From contig CAYYUG010000002.1 in assembly GCA_964474755.1 (NCBI GenBank), positions 3,096 through 67,095 on the forward strand: a DNA stretch of 64,000 nt, in the 5' to 3' direction. Each line of letters opens with the position of its first letter. Positions within the stretch are counted from its first letter, which is position 1. The stretch is from an uncultured Rhodospirillaceae bacterium (GTDB lineage Bacteria > Pseudomonadota > Alphaproteobacteria > UBA8366 > GCA-2717185). This document shows, piece after piece, positions 41,501 to 51,740 of the stretch. A program made the position numbers and the translations under genes. Under the pieces are notes generated by a model. It ran no database searches. It was given only the letters and a program-made list of their open reading frames with translations, and had not been told where the DNA came from.

Positions 41501-42050
41501 CAAGAAGACCTGCGATAAATTGGGCGTGGTCGAGTGGACATCCGTGACGTCGGGCCGAATGAATGAAGGGCGTATCAAGTTAGCGGGGATCATTTCCTCA
41601 CGGCGGTTCACAACCTCTTCGCGCGGGGCCAAGATGGCATTCGTGCAAATGTCCGACGCCACGGGAGCGTTTGAAGTCACCGTCTTTTCCGAGGTATTGG
41701 CGGTGAGTCGGGAGTTGCTGGAATCCGGAGCGCCCTTGATTGCTGTAGTAGATGTCCAGCGCTGGAATGATGGCTTCCGGCTAACCGCACAAGACATACA
41801 ACCGCTAGCTGAGGCAGCGGTGAAGGCTGCAGCGGGATTACGTGTTTTCCTGCGCGACGAGGTGCCACTTAGCAGTCTTGCAACGGTATTTCGGGAACAT
41901 GGTGAGTACGGGTCGGGCAAGGTACGCCTCACAATTGAAGCTGGCGACCGGGAAATCGAGATGGATTTACCGCAAGGATATGCGATCTCGGTCTCGGTTC
42001 GATCGGCTGTGAAGGCGATCCCTGGCGTTATCGACGTCCATGACCTGTAG
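38589..42050 (+). CDS. dnaE: DNA polymerase III subunit alpha
   Basis: PHP domain [63 protein letters not shown]. 1153 aa. Confidence 0.98.
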   Translation: [1153 protein letters not shown]

Positions 42051-42091
42051 GAAGGCATTGACTATAGGCTCATTGGATCGTCGCTAACCTC

Positions 42092-42120
42092 TTGCAAGCA
42101 CGCACAATTGCCATTATACC
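42092..42120 (+). promoter_or_regulatory. candidate sigma70-type promoter for rpsB-tsf
   Basis: TTGCAA (42092-42097), 17-nt spacer, TATACC (42115-42120), ~110 nt upstream of the rpsB ATG. Motif match only. Confidence 0.3.
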
Positions 42121-42232
42121 GCAGCCTATCTCTCACGCGGGTTTGCGCCTGCTGTCGACTAGGGCAGTGGCCGCTCCGGTGCCGGGTAACCGGCTTTCGC
42201 TCGCGGTGGTATAACCGGTAAAGGATACGAAC

Positions 42233-43078
42233 ATGGCGATGCCGACATTTACAATACGCCAGCTGCTTGAGGCTGGCATCCACTTTGGCCATACCACGCG
42301 CCGATGGAATCCGCAGATGCGGCCCTATATATTCGGCGAAAGAAATGGCATCCACATCATCGATCTGGAACAGACGGTACCGATGTTGCAGCGCGGCCTG
42401 GAAGCCATCCGCGAAGTCGCGGCTGGTGGTGGCCGAGTGCTATTCGTGGGTACGAAGCGTCAGGCGACAGAAATTATCTCTGCTGCGGCGATACGTTGCG
42501 GCCAGTACTACGTCAATCATCGCTGGCTTGGTGGTATGTTGACGAATTGGCGCACGATTTCCAATTCAATCAAAAGGTTGCGAGATATTGAAGAGCATCT
42601 GGCGGTTGAGGACATTGGCTTGACCAAGAAGGAGTTACTACGTCTGACTGCGGAGCGAGACAAGCTTGAGAGGGCCCTCGGTGGAATTAAGGAGATGGGA
42701 AGTTTGCCGGATATCCTGTTCGTTGTTGATACGAACAAGGAGGCGATAGCGGTGGCAGAAGCCCAGAAACTCGGTATCCCCGTTGTAGCAATTCTGGACA
42801 GTAACTCTAGTCCCAGCGGTATCACACATCCGGTGCCGGGTAACGATGATGCGATGCGTGCGATCACTCTCTATTGTACACTCGTCGCTGACTGCGTCCT
42901 CGATGGCTTACAGGCGGAGTTGCTGTCGTCCGGTGTTGATATTGGCGAGGGCGAAATGGCTCCAGTCGAAGCGCTTCCGGAAGCCGATGCAGAAGGTGTT
43001 GCGGCCCCGACGGCTGGAGCAGCAGAGCCCAAAGTCGAGGAAGCCACGGAGGTAGCTGTTACCGAAGGAAACACTTAG
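42233..43078 (+). CDS. rpsB: 30S ribosomal protein S2 (with acidic Ala/Glu-rich C-terminal tail)
   Basis: [60 protein letters not shown]. Confidence 0.97.
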   Translation: MAMPTFTIRQLLEAGIHFGHTTRRWNPQMRPYIFGERNGIHIIDLEQTVPMLQRGLEAIREVAAGGGRVLFVGTKRQATEIISAAAIRCGQYYVNHRWLGGMLTNWRTISNSIKRLRDIEEHLAVEDIGLTKKELLRLTAERDKLERALGGIKEMGSLPDILFVVDTNKEAIAVAEAQKLGIPVVAILDSNSSPSGITHPVPGNDDAMRAITLYCTLVADCVLDGLQAELLSSGVDIGEGEMAPVEALPEADAEGVAAPTAGAAEPKVEEATEVAVTEGNT

Positions 43079-43104
43079 GTAGCGGAACTATAAATCTATG
43101 ATAT

Positions 43105-43130
43105 TTACATAATTACAACGGTTTATGTAA
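43105..43130 (+). promoter_or_regulatory. AT-rich hairpin in the rpsB-tsf spacer
   Basis: TTACATAA (43105-43112), 10-nt loop, TTATGTAA (43123-43130). Confidence 0.3.
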
Positions 43131-43154
43131 TATATCTTCGATAGAGGGTTAATA

Positions 43155-44081
43155 ATGGCGAGTATCACAGCTGCACTAGTTAAAACGCTGCGCGAGAAAA
43201 CCGGCGCTGGAATGATGGATTGCAAGAAGGCGCTCACGGAAACTGAGGGCGATGTCGAAGAAGCGGTCGACTGGCTTCGCACGAAAGGCTTGTCGACGGC
43301 GGCCAAGAAGGCAGGACGGGTTGCCGCTGAGGGCCTTGTTGGTGTCGCTGTAGATGGAAAATCTGGCGCGGTTGTTGAGGTTAATGCGGAAACCGATTTT
43401 GTTGCCCGCAACGATGCCTTCCAGGCATTTGTGCAGAATGTGACGCAGCTCGCGCTAGACAATGGCGGGGGTATAGATACGCTGGCAGGAACGGACTATC
43501 CGGGTACGGGCCGAAATGTCAGCGAAGAACTGACTCATCAAATTGCAACGATCGGCGAGAACATGTCGCTACGGCGCACTGAGGGGCTGTCGGTCGATAG
43601 AGGCGTTGTTGTACCCTATGTACACAGCGCGTTGGCAAGTGGTATCGGGAAAATTGGTGTGATCGTGGCGCTCGAATCCGAGGGTGAAATCGAGGCCTTG
43701 GAAGCGCTTGGTAAGCAACTGGCGATGCATATCGCCGCGGCGCGACCTCTTTTTGTGGCAGTTGCCGATATTGATGAAGGTAGCTTGGCGCGCGAACGCG
43801 ACGTTTTGACAGCGCAGGCGCGGGAAAGCGGTCGACCAGAAGAGATCATTGAGAAGATGGTCGAGGGACGCCTCCGTAAATATTACGAAGAGGTTGCCTT
43901 ACTGGAACAGGTCTTCGTAATCGATAACGAGACGAAGGTTTCCAAATACTTGGAGAATACCGCTAAGAAACTTGGCTGTGCGGTCTCGCTGAAAGGTTTT
44001 GTCCGCTATACCCTAGGTGAGGGCATCGAGAGGGCTGAGGAAAACCTTGCCGAAGAGGTTGCCGCAACGCTTGCGGGCTAA
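43155..44081 (+). CDS. tsf: translation elongation factor Ts
   Basis: [42 protein letters not shown]. Confidence 0.97.
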   Translation: MASITAALVKTLREKTGAGMMDCKKALTETEGDVEEAVDWLRTKGLSTAAKKAGRVAAEGLVGVAVDGKSGAVVEVNAETDFVARNDAFQAFVQNVTQLALDNGGGIDTLAGTDYPGTGRNVSEELTHQIATIGENMSLRRTEGLSVDRGVVVPYVHSALASGIGKIGVIVALESEGEIEALEALGKQLAMHIAAARPLFVAVADIDEGSLARERDVLTAQARESGRPEEIIEKMVEGRLRKYYEEVALLEQVFVIDNETKVSKYLENTAKKLGCAVSLKGFVRYTLGEGIERAEENLAEEVAATLAG

Positions 44082-44127
44082 GCTGCGAACACCGATCTAA
44101 GCCGAGCCGGAAGGGATAGGAGTGGCC

Positions 44128-44835
44128 ATGCCGAAATACTGTCGCGTTCTCCTTAAACTTTCCGGCGAGGCGTTGATGGGTAAGAGGGAATTCGGTCTAG
44201 AATCTGAAACTGTCGATCGGATCGCCGCCGAGATAAAGAGTGTAGCTGAGCTCGGTGTTGAAGTCTGCATTGTGGTGGGCGGCGGGAATATATTTCGCGG
44301 AGTGTCCGGTGCTTCGACTGGAATGGATCGGGCTAGTGCCGACTACATGGGTATGCTAGCCACTGTCATGAATGCGCTGGCGATGCAAAGCGCGCTAGAA
44401 GGAATAGGCGCACAGACTCGTGTGCTTTCGGCGATCCCTATGCAATCAGTCTCAGAGCCTTATATCCGACGCCGCGCGGTCCGCCATATGGAAAAGGGGC
44501 GGATAGTCATATTTGCAGCCGGTACAGGTAACCCATTTTTTACGACTGATACTGCAGCAGCCTTGCGCGCCTCGGAAATGGGGTGCGACGCACTCCTGAA
44601 GGCGACCAAGGTCGATGGCATTTACAGTGCCGATCCGGAGACCGATCCCGATGCAGAGCGATTTGAAAAATTAAGCTATCTCGAAGTGCTGTCGAAGGAT
44701 CTTAAAGTTATGGACGCGGCAGCCGTATCGTTAGCACGTGAAAATAACATTCCGATTCTTGTCTTTTCGGTACAAAATTCTGGCGCCTTTGTAGACGTCG
44801 CGAGGGGCGGTGGAACGTACACAATAATATCATAG
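44128..44835 (+). CDS. pyrH: UMP kinase
   Basis: [41 protein letters not shown] at 44128 is preceded by AGGAG; the GTG at 44122 is an alternative start. Confidence 0.95.
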   Translation: MPKYCRVLLKLSGEALMGKREFGLESETVDRIAAEIKSVAELGVEVCIVVGGGNIFRGVSGASTGMDRASADYMGMLATVMNALAMQSALEGIGAQTRVLSAIPMQSVSEPYIRRRAVRHMEKGRIVIFAAGTGNPFFTTDTAAALRASEMGCDALLKATKVDGIYSADPETDPDAERFEKLSYLEVLSKDLKVMDAAAVSLARENNIPILVFSVQNSGAFVDVARGGGTYTIIS

Positions 44836-44866
44836 CTGGCTGGTAAATCATGGGAGGAACAGAACC

Positions 44867-45424
44867 ATGGCGGATGAAGACTTGACTGATATAGAACGCC
44901 GAATGAATGGAGCTGTAGAGGCCTTGAACCGGGAGTTTGCCGGTCTGCGGACGGGGCGTGCCTCGACGGCTTTGCTTGAACCGCTTTCAGTTAATGCTTA
45001 CGATTCGCAAATGCCGATGAATCAGGTTGGTACGATCAGCGTTCCCGAACCGCGGATGCTCACGGTACAGGTCTGGGACCAAAGCCTTGTTAAAGCTGTT
45101 GAGAAGGCGATTATGGAATCTAGCCTCGGTCTGAATCCACAAACCGAGGGTAATTTGATCCGAATCCCAATCCCGGATCTTAGCGAAGAGCGGCGTGTCG
45201 AGTTGACCAAAGTCGCGGGTCAATACGCCGAGCAGGCCCGAATTGCGGTGCGTAACGTGCGACGTGACGGAATGGACAAACTCAAGAAAAAGGAGAAAGC
45301 AGGAGAGATGTCCCAAGATGATCATCATCTTTATGCCGATGAAATCCAGGAATTGACAGACGCACATGTCAAAAAAATTGATGATGCCCAGGAAGCTAAG
45401 GAACAAGAAATTATGCAGGTTTGA
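44867..45424 (+). CDS. frr: ribosome recycling factor
   Basis: [37 protein letters not shown]; 185 aa. Confidence 0.96.
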   Translation: MADEDLTDIERRMNGAVEALNREFAGLRTGRASTALLEPLSVNAYDSQMPMNQVGTISVPEPRMLTVQVWDQSLVKAVEKAIMESSLGLNPQTEGNLIRIPIPDLSEERRVELTKVAGQYAEQARIAVRNVRRDGMDKLKKKEKAGEMSQDDHHLYADEIQELTDAHVKKIDDAQEAKEQEIMQV

Positions 45425-45427
45425 CGC

Positions 45428-46168
45428 ATGCAGAGGGCGATCAAGAAAAACAATGACCTGACCCCACCAACACATGTTGCCATCATTATGGATGGCAATG
45501 GTCGGTGGGCGAGTTTACGCGGCATGCCGCGGGCGATGGGACATGAGAGTGGTGCGGAGGCGGTTCGACGCGCCGTAGAGGCGGCTGGTGAGTGCGGTGT
45601 TGGCTATCTGACCTTGTTTGGCTTTTCGTCCGAAAACTGGAGTCGCCCTAAACAAGAGATCGGCGATCTGATGGGTTTGTTGCGGTTATATCTTGGCTCC
45701 GAAATCGTCGAACTACACCAAAAGAACGTCCGGTTGCTGATGATCGGTGATCGCAGCCGTTTTGCAAGCGATATCATCGGTCTTATCGAAGAGGCGGAGC
45801 GCACTACGGTTGGTAATACCGGTCTGACCCTAATTCTGGCGCTAAGTTATGGCGGTCGACAGGAGATAACCACTGCGATTCAAGCAATTGTGCAGGACGC
45901 TGCAGCGAGTCAACTCGATCCGGCCGAGATCGATGAAAACACAGTACGCCGCTATCTATTCACCGCCGATATTCCTGATCCAGATTTATTGATCCGAACC
46001 AGTGGCGAGCAGCGCATCAGTAATTTTCTGTTATGGCAACTTGCTTATACGGAGTTCGTGTTTCTCGATACGTTTTGGCCTGATTTTTCGAAGGATGATT
46101 TGCGACGCGCTATCTGCGAGTTCAACAGCCGCGAGCGACGCTATGGCGCAGCCGTTACCTCGGCTTGA
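45428..46168 (+). CDS. uppS: di-trans,poly-cis-undecaprenyl-diphosphate synthase
   Basis: PTHVAIIMDGNGRWA, LTLFGFSSENWSRP, IRTSGEQRISNFLLWQLAYTEF. Confidence 0.96.
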   Translation: MQRAIKKNNDLTPPTHVAIIMDGNGRWASLRGMPRAMGHESGAEAVRRAVEAAGECGVGYLTLFGFSSENWSRPKQEIGDLMGLLRLYLGSEIVELHQKNVRLLMIGDRSRFASDIIGLIEEAERTTVGNTGLTLILALSYGGRQEITTAIQAIVQDAAASQLDPAEIDENTVRRYLFTADIPDPDLLIRTSGEQRISNFLLWQLAYTEFVFLDTFWPDFSKDDLRRAICEFNSRERRYGAAVTSA

Positions 46169-46967
46169 ACCGAGTGAGTTTACATTAAGGGCCTTATCCG
46201 CTGCGGTCATTTTCCCGTTGGCGATTAGCGCAATTTGGTTCGGTGGGTGGGCTTTTTTATTGATGATACTTTTGATTTCAGCTGCTGTGGCATGGGAGCT
46301 TTCCAGGCTTTGCCAGGCTGCGCCTGGTCTATTGGTCATAGCTATTATCGCATTAATGCTTACAACTGGCCTGTCGATGATGGGAGCGTTCCAGGAAGCA
46401 ATTGTGTGTGGTGTTTTGGGAACGCTGCTTATCGCTTTGTTATCTCGAGTTAGCCGCAGCAAAGCTCCAGTCCTGCTAATTATTGGATTTTTTTATATCA
46501 TGGTGGCTTTGCTGTCCGTTGTTTGGCTACGTTTGTCTACATCGGGTGGTCTGTGGCTGTTTTTGTGGATGATGGCGGTTGTCGTTTCGACTGATATAGG
46601 AGCTTATCTTGTCGGACGAGCCATTGGCGGTCCAAAGCTAGCGGCTTGGATCAGTCCAGGCAAAACCTGGGCTGGGTTACTCGGTGGGGCGTTCTTCGCT
46701 GCGGTTGCAGGTGTTTTGATCGTTGCCATGAGTGGCGGCGACAATTATGTCCGAGTTGTGGTCATTGCGGGCATTCTTGCTGTGGTGGCACAAATCGGAG
46801 ACCTTATAGAGTCCGCTTTCAAACGGCACGTCGGTGTCAAGGATGCCAGTAACCTAATTCCCGGTCATGGTGGCGCGCTAGATCGCCTGGATGGGTTCTT
46901 GACGGTAGCGCCAGTGATGGCTGTTATGTCGTCCTTCGCAGGTGGGAGTCCGCTCGAATGGCTGTAA
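46143..46967 (+). CDS. cdsA: phosphatidate cytidylyltransferase
   Basis: Multi-TM protein with C-terminal SAFKRHVGVKDASNLIPGHGGALDRLDG. Start set to the ATG at 46143, a 26-nt overlap with uppS; the upstream part of the raw ORF lies out of frame within uppS. Confidence 0.88.
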   Translation: MAQPLPRLEPSEFTLRALSAAVIFPLAISAIWFGGWAFLLMILLISAAVAWELSRLCQAAPGLLVIAIIALMLTTGLSMMGAFQEAIVCGVLGTLLIALLSRVSRSKAPVLLIIGFFYIMVALLSVVWLRLSTSGGLWLFLWMMAVVVSTDIGAYLVGRAIGGPKLAAWISPGKTWAGLLGGAFFAAVAGVLIVAMSGGDNYVRVVVIAGILAVVAQIGDLIESAFKRHVGVKDASNLIPGHGGALDRLDGFLTVAPVMAVMSSFAGGSPLEWL

Positions 46968-48151
46968 TGTTGCCAGGCGCTACAACCGCGTCGCGGTCGG
47001 TCACCATACTCGGTTCGACGGGCTCCGTAGGTTGCAGTACAATCGACCTCATTAAAAGGAACCCAGATTCCTATGTGGTCGAAGCATTGACGGCGAGGCG
47101 CAATGTGAGCCTACTTGTGGAACAGGCTAAAATGCTGAATCCTCGTTATGTAGCGATCGGTGATGAAGAGCACTATCACGCCGTGAAGGCTGGCCTTTCG
47201 GGCAGCGGGATCGAGGTTGCTGCTGGTCCGGAAGCTATTGTCGGGGCGGCTAGACGACCGGCAGATTTCGTCATGTCTGCGATTGTCGGGGCAGCCGGCT
47301 TGGCGCCCACACTTGCGGCGGTGAATCGAGGCGCGATGGTTGGTCTTGCGAACAAGGAGTGTCTTGTTTGTGCCGGGTCGCTAATGGTTGAAGAGATCCG
47401 ACGCAACAGCGCGGTGCTTTTGCCAGTCGACTCAGAGCATAACGCAATCTTTCAGGTCTTCGATTTCGAACGTCGCGATTCGGTTGACAAGCTGATCCTT
47501 ACCGCATCGGGGGGGCCGTTCCGATCTTTCAATAACGAAGCTATGCAGTCAGTGACACCGGCGCAAGCGGTAGCGCACCCTAACTGGGATATGGGAGCGA
47601 AAATTTCAGTCGACTCCGCCACGATGATGAACAAGGGACTGGAAATAATCGAGGCACACCATCTGTTCGATATTCCGGAGGAAAGGATTGAGGTTCTGGT
47701 CCATCCCCAATCAGTGATCCACAGCATGGTGGCCTACGTCGACGGTTCGATTTTGGCCCAACTCGGGACACCAGACATGCGCACTCCGATTGCCTACGCG
47801 CTTGCCTGGCCGGCCCGCATGCATGCCCCGCAGGAACGTCTGGACCTTGTCGCGATGGCAGAACTGACCTTTGAAGCACCTGACCCAAAACGATTTCCAG
47901 CACTTCGTCTGGCGCGTGAGGTCTTAAAGAAAGGCGGCAGCGCACCAACTGTCTTGAATGCCGCAAATGAGATCGCGGTCGAGGGTTTCCTTGCTGGCCA
48001 AATTGGCTTCCTCGAAATTGTTGCTATCGTAGAGGATGTTTTAATGCAGTTTAATCATAGCGCCATGACTACGCTTGATGATGTGCGGGCCGTTGATAGC
48101 ACGGCGCGACGTATTGCCAGACAACAGCTGGCCGCTCGGGTCTCTAATTAA
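46958..48151 (+). CDS. dxr: 1-deoxy-D-xylulose 5-phosphate reductoisomerase
   Basis: VTILGSTGSVGCSTIDL, LANKECLV, LLPVDSEHNAIFQ, LTASGGPFR, HPNWDMGAKISVDSATMMNKGLE. Confidence 0.97.
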   Translation: MAVMLPGATTASRSVTILGSTGSVGCSTIDLIKRNPDSYVVEALTARRNVSLLVEQAKMLNPRYVAIGDEEHYHAVKAGLSGSGIEVAAGPEAIVGAARRPADFVMSAIVGAAGLAPTLAAVNRGAMVGLANKECLVCAGSLMVEEIRRNSAVLLPVDSEHNAIFQVFDFERRDSVDKLILTASGGPFRSFNNEAMQSVTPAQAVAHPNWDMGAKISVDSATMMNKGLEIIEAHHLFDIPEERIEVLVHPQSVIHSMVAYVDGSILAQLGTPDMRTPIAYALAWPARMHAPQERLDLVAMAELTFEAPDPKRFPALRLAREVLKKGGSAPTVLNAANEIAVEGFLAGQIGFLEIVAIVEDVLMQFNHSAMTTLDDVRAVDSTARRIARQQLAARVSN

Positions 48152-48166
48152 TCAACGGGTGTAGCC

Positions 48167-49282
48167 GTGGAAATTCTCGCCGTACTCTGGGACTATGTGC
48201 TGCCGTTTTTGGTCGTCTTGACTGTCCTGATATTCGTTCATGAACTTGGCCACTACTGGATCGCCCGGCGCTGTGGCGTCCGCGTGGAAACTTTTTCAAT
48301 TGGCTTTGGACCCGAACTCTTAGGCTGGACCGACAATGCAAATACGCGTTGGAAAATCAGCGCGATACCGTTGGGCGGTTATGTTAAAATGTATGGCGAG
48401 AGCGAGATAACCGGAGAAAATGATGCCCTACGACCCCTAACGGCGGCAGAACGGAAGGTGTCTTTCCGATACAAGTCGCTGGGACAACGCTCGGCAATAG
48501 TCTTTGCTGGCCCGGCAGCAAATTTTATTTTTGCCATTATTGTTTTGGCGGGTCTCTATATCTCGCTGGGCCAGCCCTTTACGCCGGCAGAAATTGCAAC
48601 GGTGATAGATGACAGCGCTGCAGATAAAGCGGGCCTGAAACCAGGCGATGTGATCGTCCGTATTGCCAAAGAAGATATGGAGAGCTTCGAGCAAGTCCAG
48701 CAAAAAATCCGAATGATTCCTGAACAGACTGTTGAATTGGTTGTGTTGCGGGGCGGCGTGGAGAAGATGTTTATCTTGACGCCTGCTCTGCGCGAATTCA
48801 AGGACCGGCTCGGCAACGTCGTACGGATAGGTATGCTTGGAGTAACGCGTGAAGGAAAAACGGAAATTCGTCAGCTTGGCTTTACGAGTGCGATTTGGCA
48901 GGCAATCCTGGAAACTAAGACGATCACAGTACGAACGCTAGAAGCGGTTGGTCAGATCATTATCGGGTCTCGTTCTTCGGACGAACTGGGAGGGCCGATC
49001 AAAATTGCTCAAATGTCTGGCGAATTCTGGAAAACGGGCATTGTTTCTCTCATTTACTTTACCGCACTGATCTCTATAAATTTGGGTTTGATCAACCTGT
49101 TTCCTATTCCGATGTTAGATGGTGGACACCTACTATTTTTTGCGTTTGAAGCTATAAGAGGACGTCCATTAGATGAAAGGATGCAGGAATACGGGTTTAG
49201 AATTGGACTGGTGCTGTTAATAAGTCTCATGCTATTCGTTATAATTAATGATCTTGTAAACTTACCCTTTTGGAATAACTGA
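48167..49282 (+). CDS. rseP: RIP site-2 metalloprotease RseP
   Basis: HELGHYWIAR zinc motif, a PDZ segment, and C-terminal NLFPIPMLDGGHL. Confidence 0.95.
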   Translation: MEILAVLWDYVLPFLVVLTVLIFVHELGHYWIARRCGVRVETFSIGFGPELLGWTDNANTRWKISAIPLGGYVKMYGESEITGENDALRPLTAAERKVSFRYKSLGQRSAIVFAGPAANFIFAIIVLAGLYISLGQPFTPAEIATVIDDSAADKAGLKPGDVIVRIAKEDMESFEQVQQKIRMIPEQTVELVVLRGGVEKMFILTPALREFKDRLGNVVRIGMLGVTREGKTEIRQLGFTSAIWQAILETKTITVRTLEAVGQIIIGSRSSDELGGPIKIAQMSGEFWKTGIVSLIYFTALISINLGLINLFPIPMLDGGHLLFFAFEAIRGRPLDERMQEYGFRIGLVLLISLMLFVIINDLVNLPFWNN

Positions 49283-49323
49283 GTTTTTCGCGCCAAATTC
49301 CCGGCGCTCTTCGGGAGTCTACT

Positions 49324-51678
49324 TTGACAATTGTTGGACGGATATCAGCTGTTGGAGCACTGCTGTTAACTGCTCTTCTGCTCTGGTTCCCGGCATTCGC
49401 GCAGAGTAGTCCGACAATTGTTCCACCATCACCCCGGAGCGGCTCTATTATTCCCCTGCCACCCCGCGCTGTGCCGGATCGTCCCGGTCTCCGCGTGGTG
49501 GCCGAAATCATCGTAGAGGGGACACAGCGAATTGAGCCGGAAACGGTTCGGTCTTACATGCTCATAAAAGAGGGCGACCCGTTGGATCCGGACCGGGTAA
49601 ATCAATCGCTTAAGGGTCTTTATTCGACTGGACTGTTTGCCGATGTGACAATGCGACTCGAGGGTGATGTGCTTTTTGTCCGGGTCGTCGAGAATCCTAT
49701 CATTAATCGTATCGCCCTCGAGGGTGACAAGGCTCTTGAGGAAGAAACCCTTCGCAACGAAGTGCAACTGCGTCCTCGAATTGTCTATACGCGCACTCGG
49801 GTTCAAAACGATGTGAAGCGTATTCTTGATTTGTACCGCCGGACGGGCCGCTTCGCAGCTACGGTAGAGCCTAAAATTATCCAGTTGCCGCAAAACCGTG
49901 TCGATCTGATATTCGAGATTGACGAAGGCCAACCGACTGGCATTCGCCGCATCAGCTTTGTTGGTAACAGGGAGTATTCCGATCGTGCGCTTCGAGGAAT
50001 TATTCAGACGACGGAGACACGCTGGTATCAATTTCTAAGTTCCAACGATACTTATGACCCGGATCGACTCACATTCGATCGAGAGTTGTTGCGCCGGCAC
50101 TATCTCCGTAATGGTTTCGCCGATTTTAGAGTCGTTTCGGCGGTTGCCGAATTGACGCCGGACCGTAAAGACTTCTTCATTACTTTCACGATTGATGAAG
50201 GAAAGCGGTACACCTTCAACTCGTTGACGATTGAGTCGAAAATTACAGAAGTCAAACCCATCGCAATCCAACAATTCATCGAAATTGAAAAGGGTGATTG
50301 GTACGATTCTGAGGCCGTCGACGATACATTGGTTGCGCTTTCCAACGCGGTTGGTGAATTAGGCTTTGCATTTGTTGCCGTTCTTCCGAACGTAAAACGA
50401 GACCGTAAGAAGCGCACTATCGATATTAAGTTCATAGTTCAAGAAGGACAGCGCGTATTCGTTGAGCGAATCGATATAGGCGGCAATACGCGCACATTGG
50501 ACAAGGTTGTCCGGCGCGAATTTCAGATTGTTGAAGGAGATGCCTTCAATTTGACGAAGCTGCGGCGTTCGCGTACGCGCATCCAAAATCTAGGATATTT
50601 CTCTCGTGTCGACGTGAATAACGTACCAGGTAGCGAAGCGGACAGGACGGTCGTCAAGGTTGATGTTGCCGAGAAATCGACAGGAGAGTTGAGTGTGGGC
50701 GCGGGATTTTCATCAGTAAGCGGCCCTCTGGTTGACTTGCAAATCCGAGAGCGTAACCTCTTGGGTAAAGGGCAGGATTTGCGTGCTTCAGCCTCGCTCG
50801 CGGCGGAAAAGCAAAACTTTGATGTTGGACTTACCACGCCATACTTCCTCGATAAGGAGCTTTCGCTTGGGCTGGACGTCTTTCACACTGCGTCGGGCGA
50901 TGTGAGCGAATTTGAGTCTTTTTCGACTGGTAGTCGTGTTCGCCTTGGGTATGTCTTGGCGGAGCATTTACGGCACAACCTTCAATACTCGTTGCGCCGA
51001 GATGAAATCACGGATGCGGGCGCCAATGCTTCGCCGTTTATCCGCTTAGAGGAAGGCTCAAATTTTATCTCCGCCGTTAGACAGGACCTGACATACGATC
51101 GCCGTGACTCTAGGTTTGCGCCAACCGATGGTTATATTGTCCGATTCTCCAATGATGTTGCTGGGCTCGCAGGTGATATCGCTTATCTCAAGAACCAGGC
51201 TAAAGCGAGCTATTATTACGGTATCTCTGAAGATTGGGTGATCAGTGCGGAGGGTGAAATTGGTTACATTTTTGGACTAGGTGATGATGACGTCCGTATC
51301 AGTGACCGTTTCTTCCTGGATAGTAATAAGCTTAGAGGTTTCGAATCTGGCGAAGTTGGTCCTCGTGACACTTCAACGGACACTTCTCTGGGAGGAAAAT
51401 TTACCTATACTGGTACGGTCCAGTTGATGTTTCCGCTGGGGCTGCCCAAACAATTTGGTGTTAGCGGCTCAGTCTTTACTGATGCCGGCAGTCTGACGGG
51501 ATTGGATTTTGACGATCCGGTTGTCAGCGATACGGGGAGCCTCCGGTGGTCTGCCGGTATCGGTTTTTCCTGGCGCTCTCCATTTGGTCCGATACGGGTC
51601 GACTTTGCGGTACCGATACTCAAGGAAGATTTCGACAAGGACGAAAATATCCATTTCAATTTTGGAACTAGGTTCTAG
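49324..51678 (+). CDS. bamA: outer membrane protein assembly factor BamA
   Basis: Signal peptide, then a Pro-rich linker, then POTRA repeats (IIVEGTQRIEPETV...). The beta-barrel ends ...HFNFGTRF. TTG start. Confidence 0.95.
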   Translation: MTIVGRISAVGALLLTALLLWFPAFAQSSPTIVPPSPRSGSIIPLPPRAVPDRPGLRVVAEIIVEGTQRIEPETVRSYMLIKEGDPLDPDRVNQSLKGLYSTGLFADVTMRLEGDVLFVRVVENPIINRIALEGDKALEEETLRNEVQLRPRIVYTRTRVQNDVKRILDLYRRTGRFAATVEPKIIQLPQNRVDLIFEIDEGQPTGIRRISFVGNREYSDRALRGIIQTTETRWYQFLSSNDTYDPDRLTFDRELLRRHYLRNGFADFRVVSAVAELTPDRKDFFITFTIDEGKRYTFNSLTIESKITEVKPIAIQQFIEIEKGDWYDSEAVDDTLVALSNAVGELGFAFVAVLPNVKRDRKKRTIDIKFIVQEGQRVFVERIDIGGNTRTLDKVVRREFQIVEGDAFNLTKLRRSRTRIQNLGYFSRVDVNNVPGSEADRTVVKVDVAEKSTGELSVGAGFSSVSGPLVDLQIRERNLLGKGQDLRASASLAAEKQNFDVGLTTPYFLDKELSLGLDVFHTASGDVSEFESFSTGSRVRLGYVLAEHLRHNLQYSLRRDEITDAGANASPFIRLEEGSNFISAVRQDLTYDRRDSRFAPTDGYIVRFSNDVAGLAGDIAYLKNQAKASYYYGISEDWVISAEGEIGYIFGLGDDDVRISDRFFLDSNKLRGFESGEVGPRDTSTDTSLGGKFTYTGTVQLMFPLGLPKQFGVSGSVFTDAGSLTGLDFDDPVVSDTGSLRWSAGIGFSWRSPFGPIRVDFAVPILKEDFDKDENIHFNFGTRF

Positions 51679-51740
51679 TAAGTAATTGAAGACGTTTTGC
51701 GATGTGGGCCTGACAAGAACCGCAAATTGGAATCGCAGAG

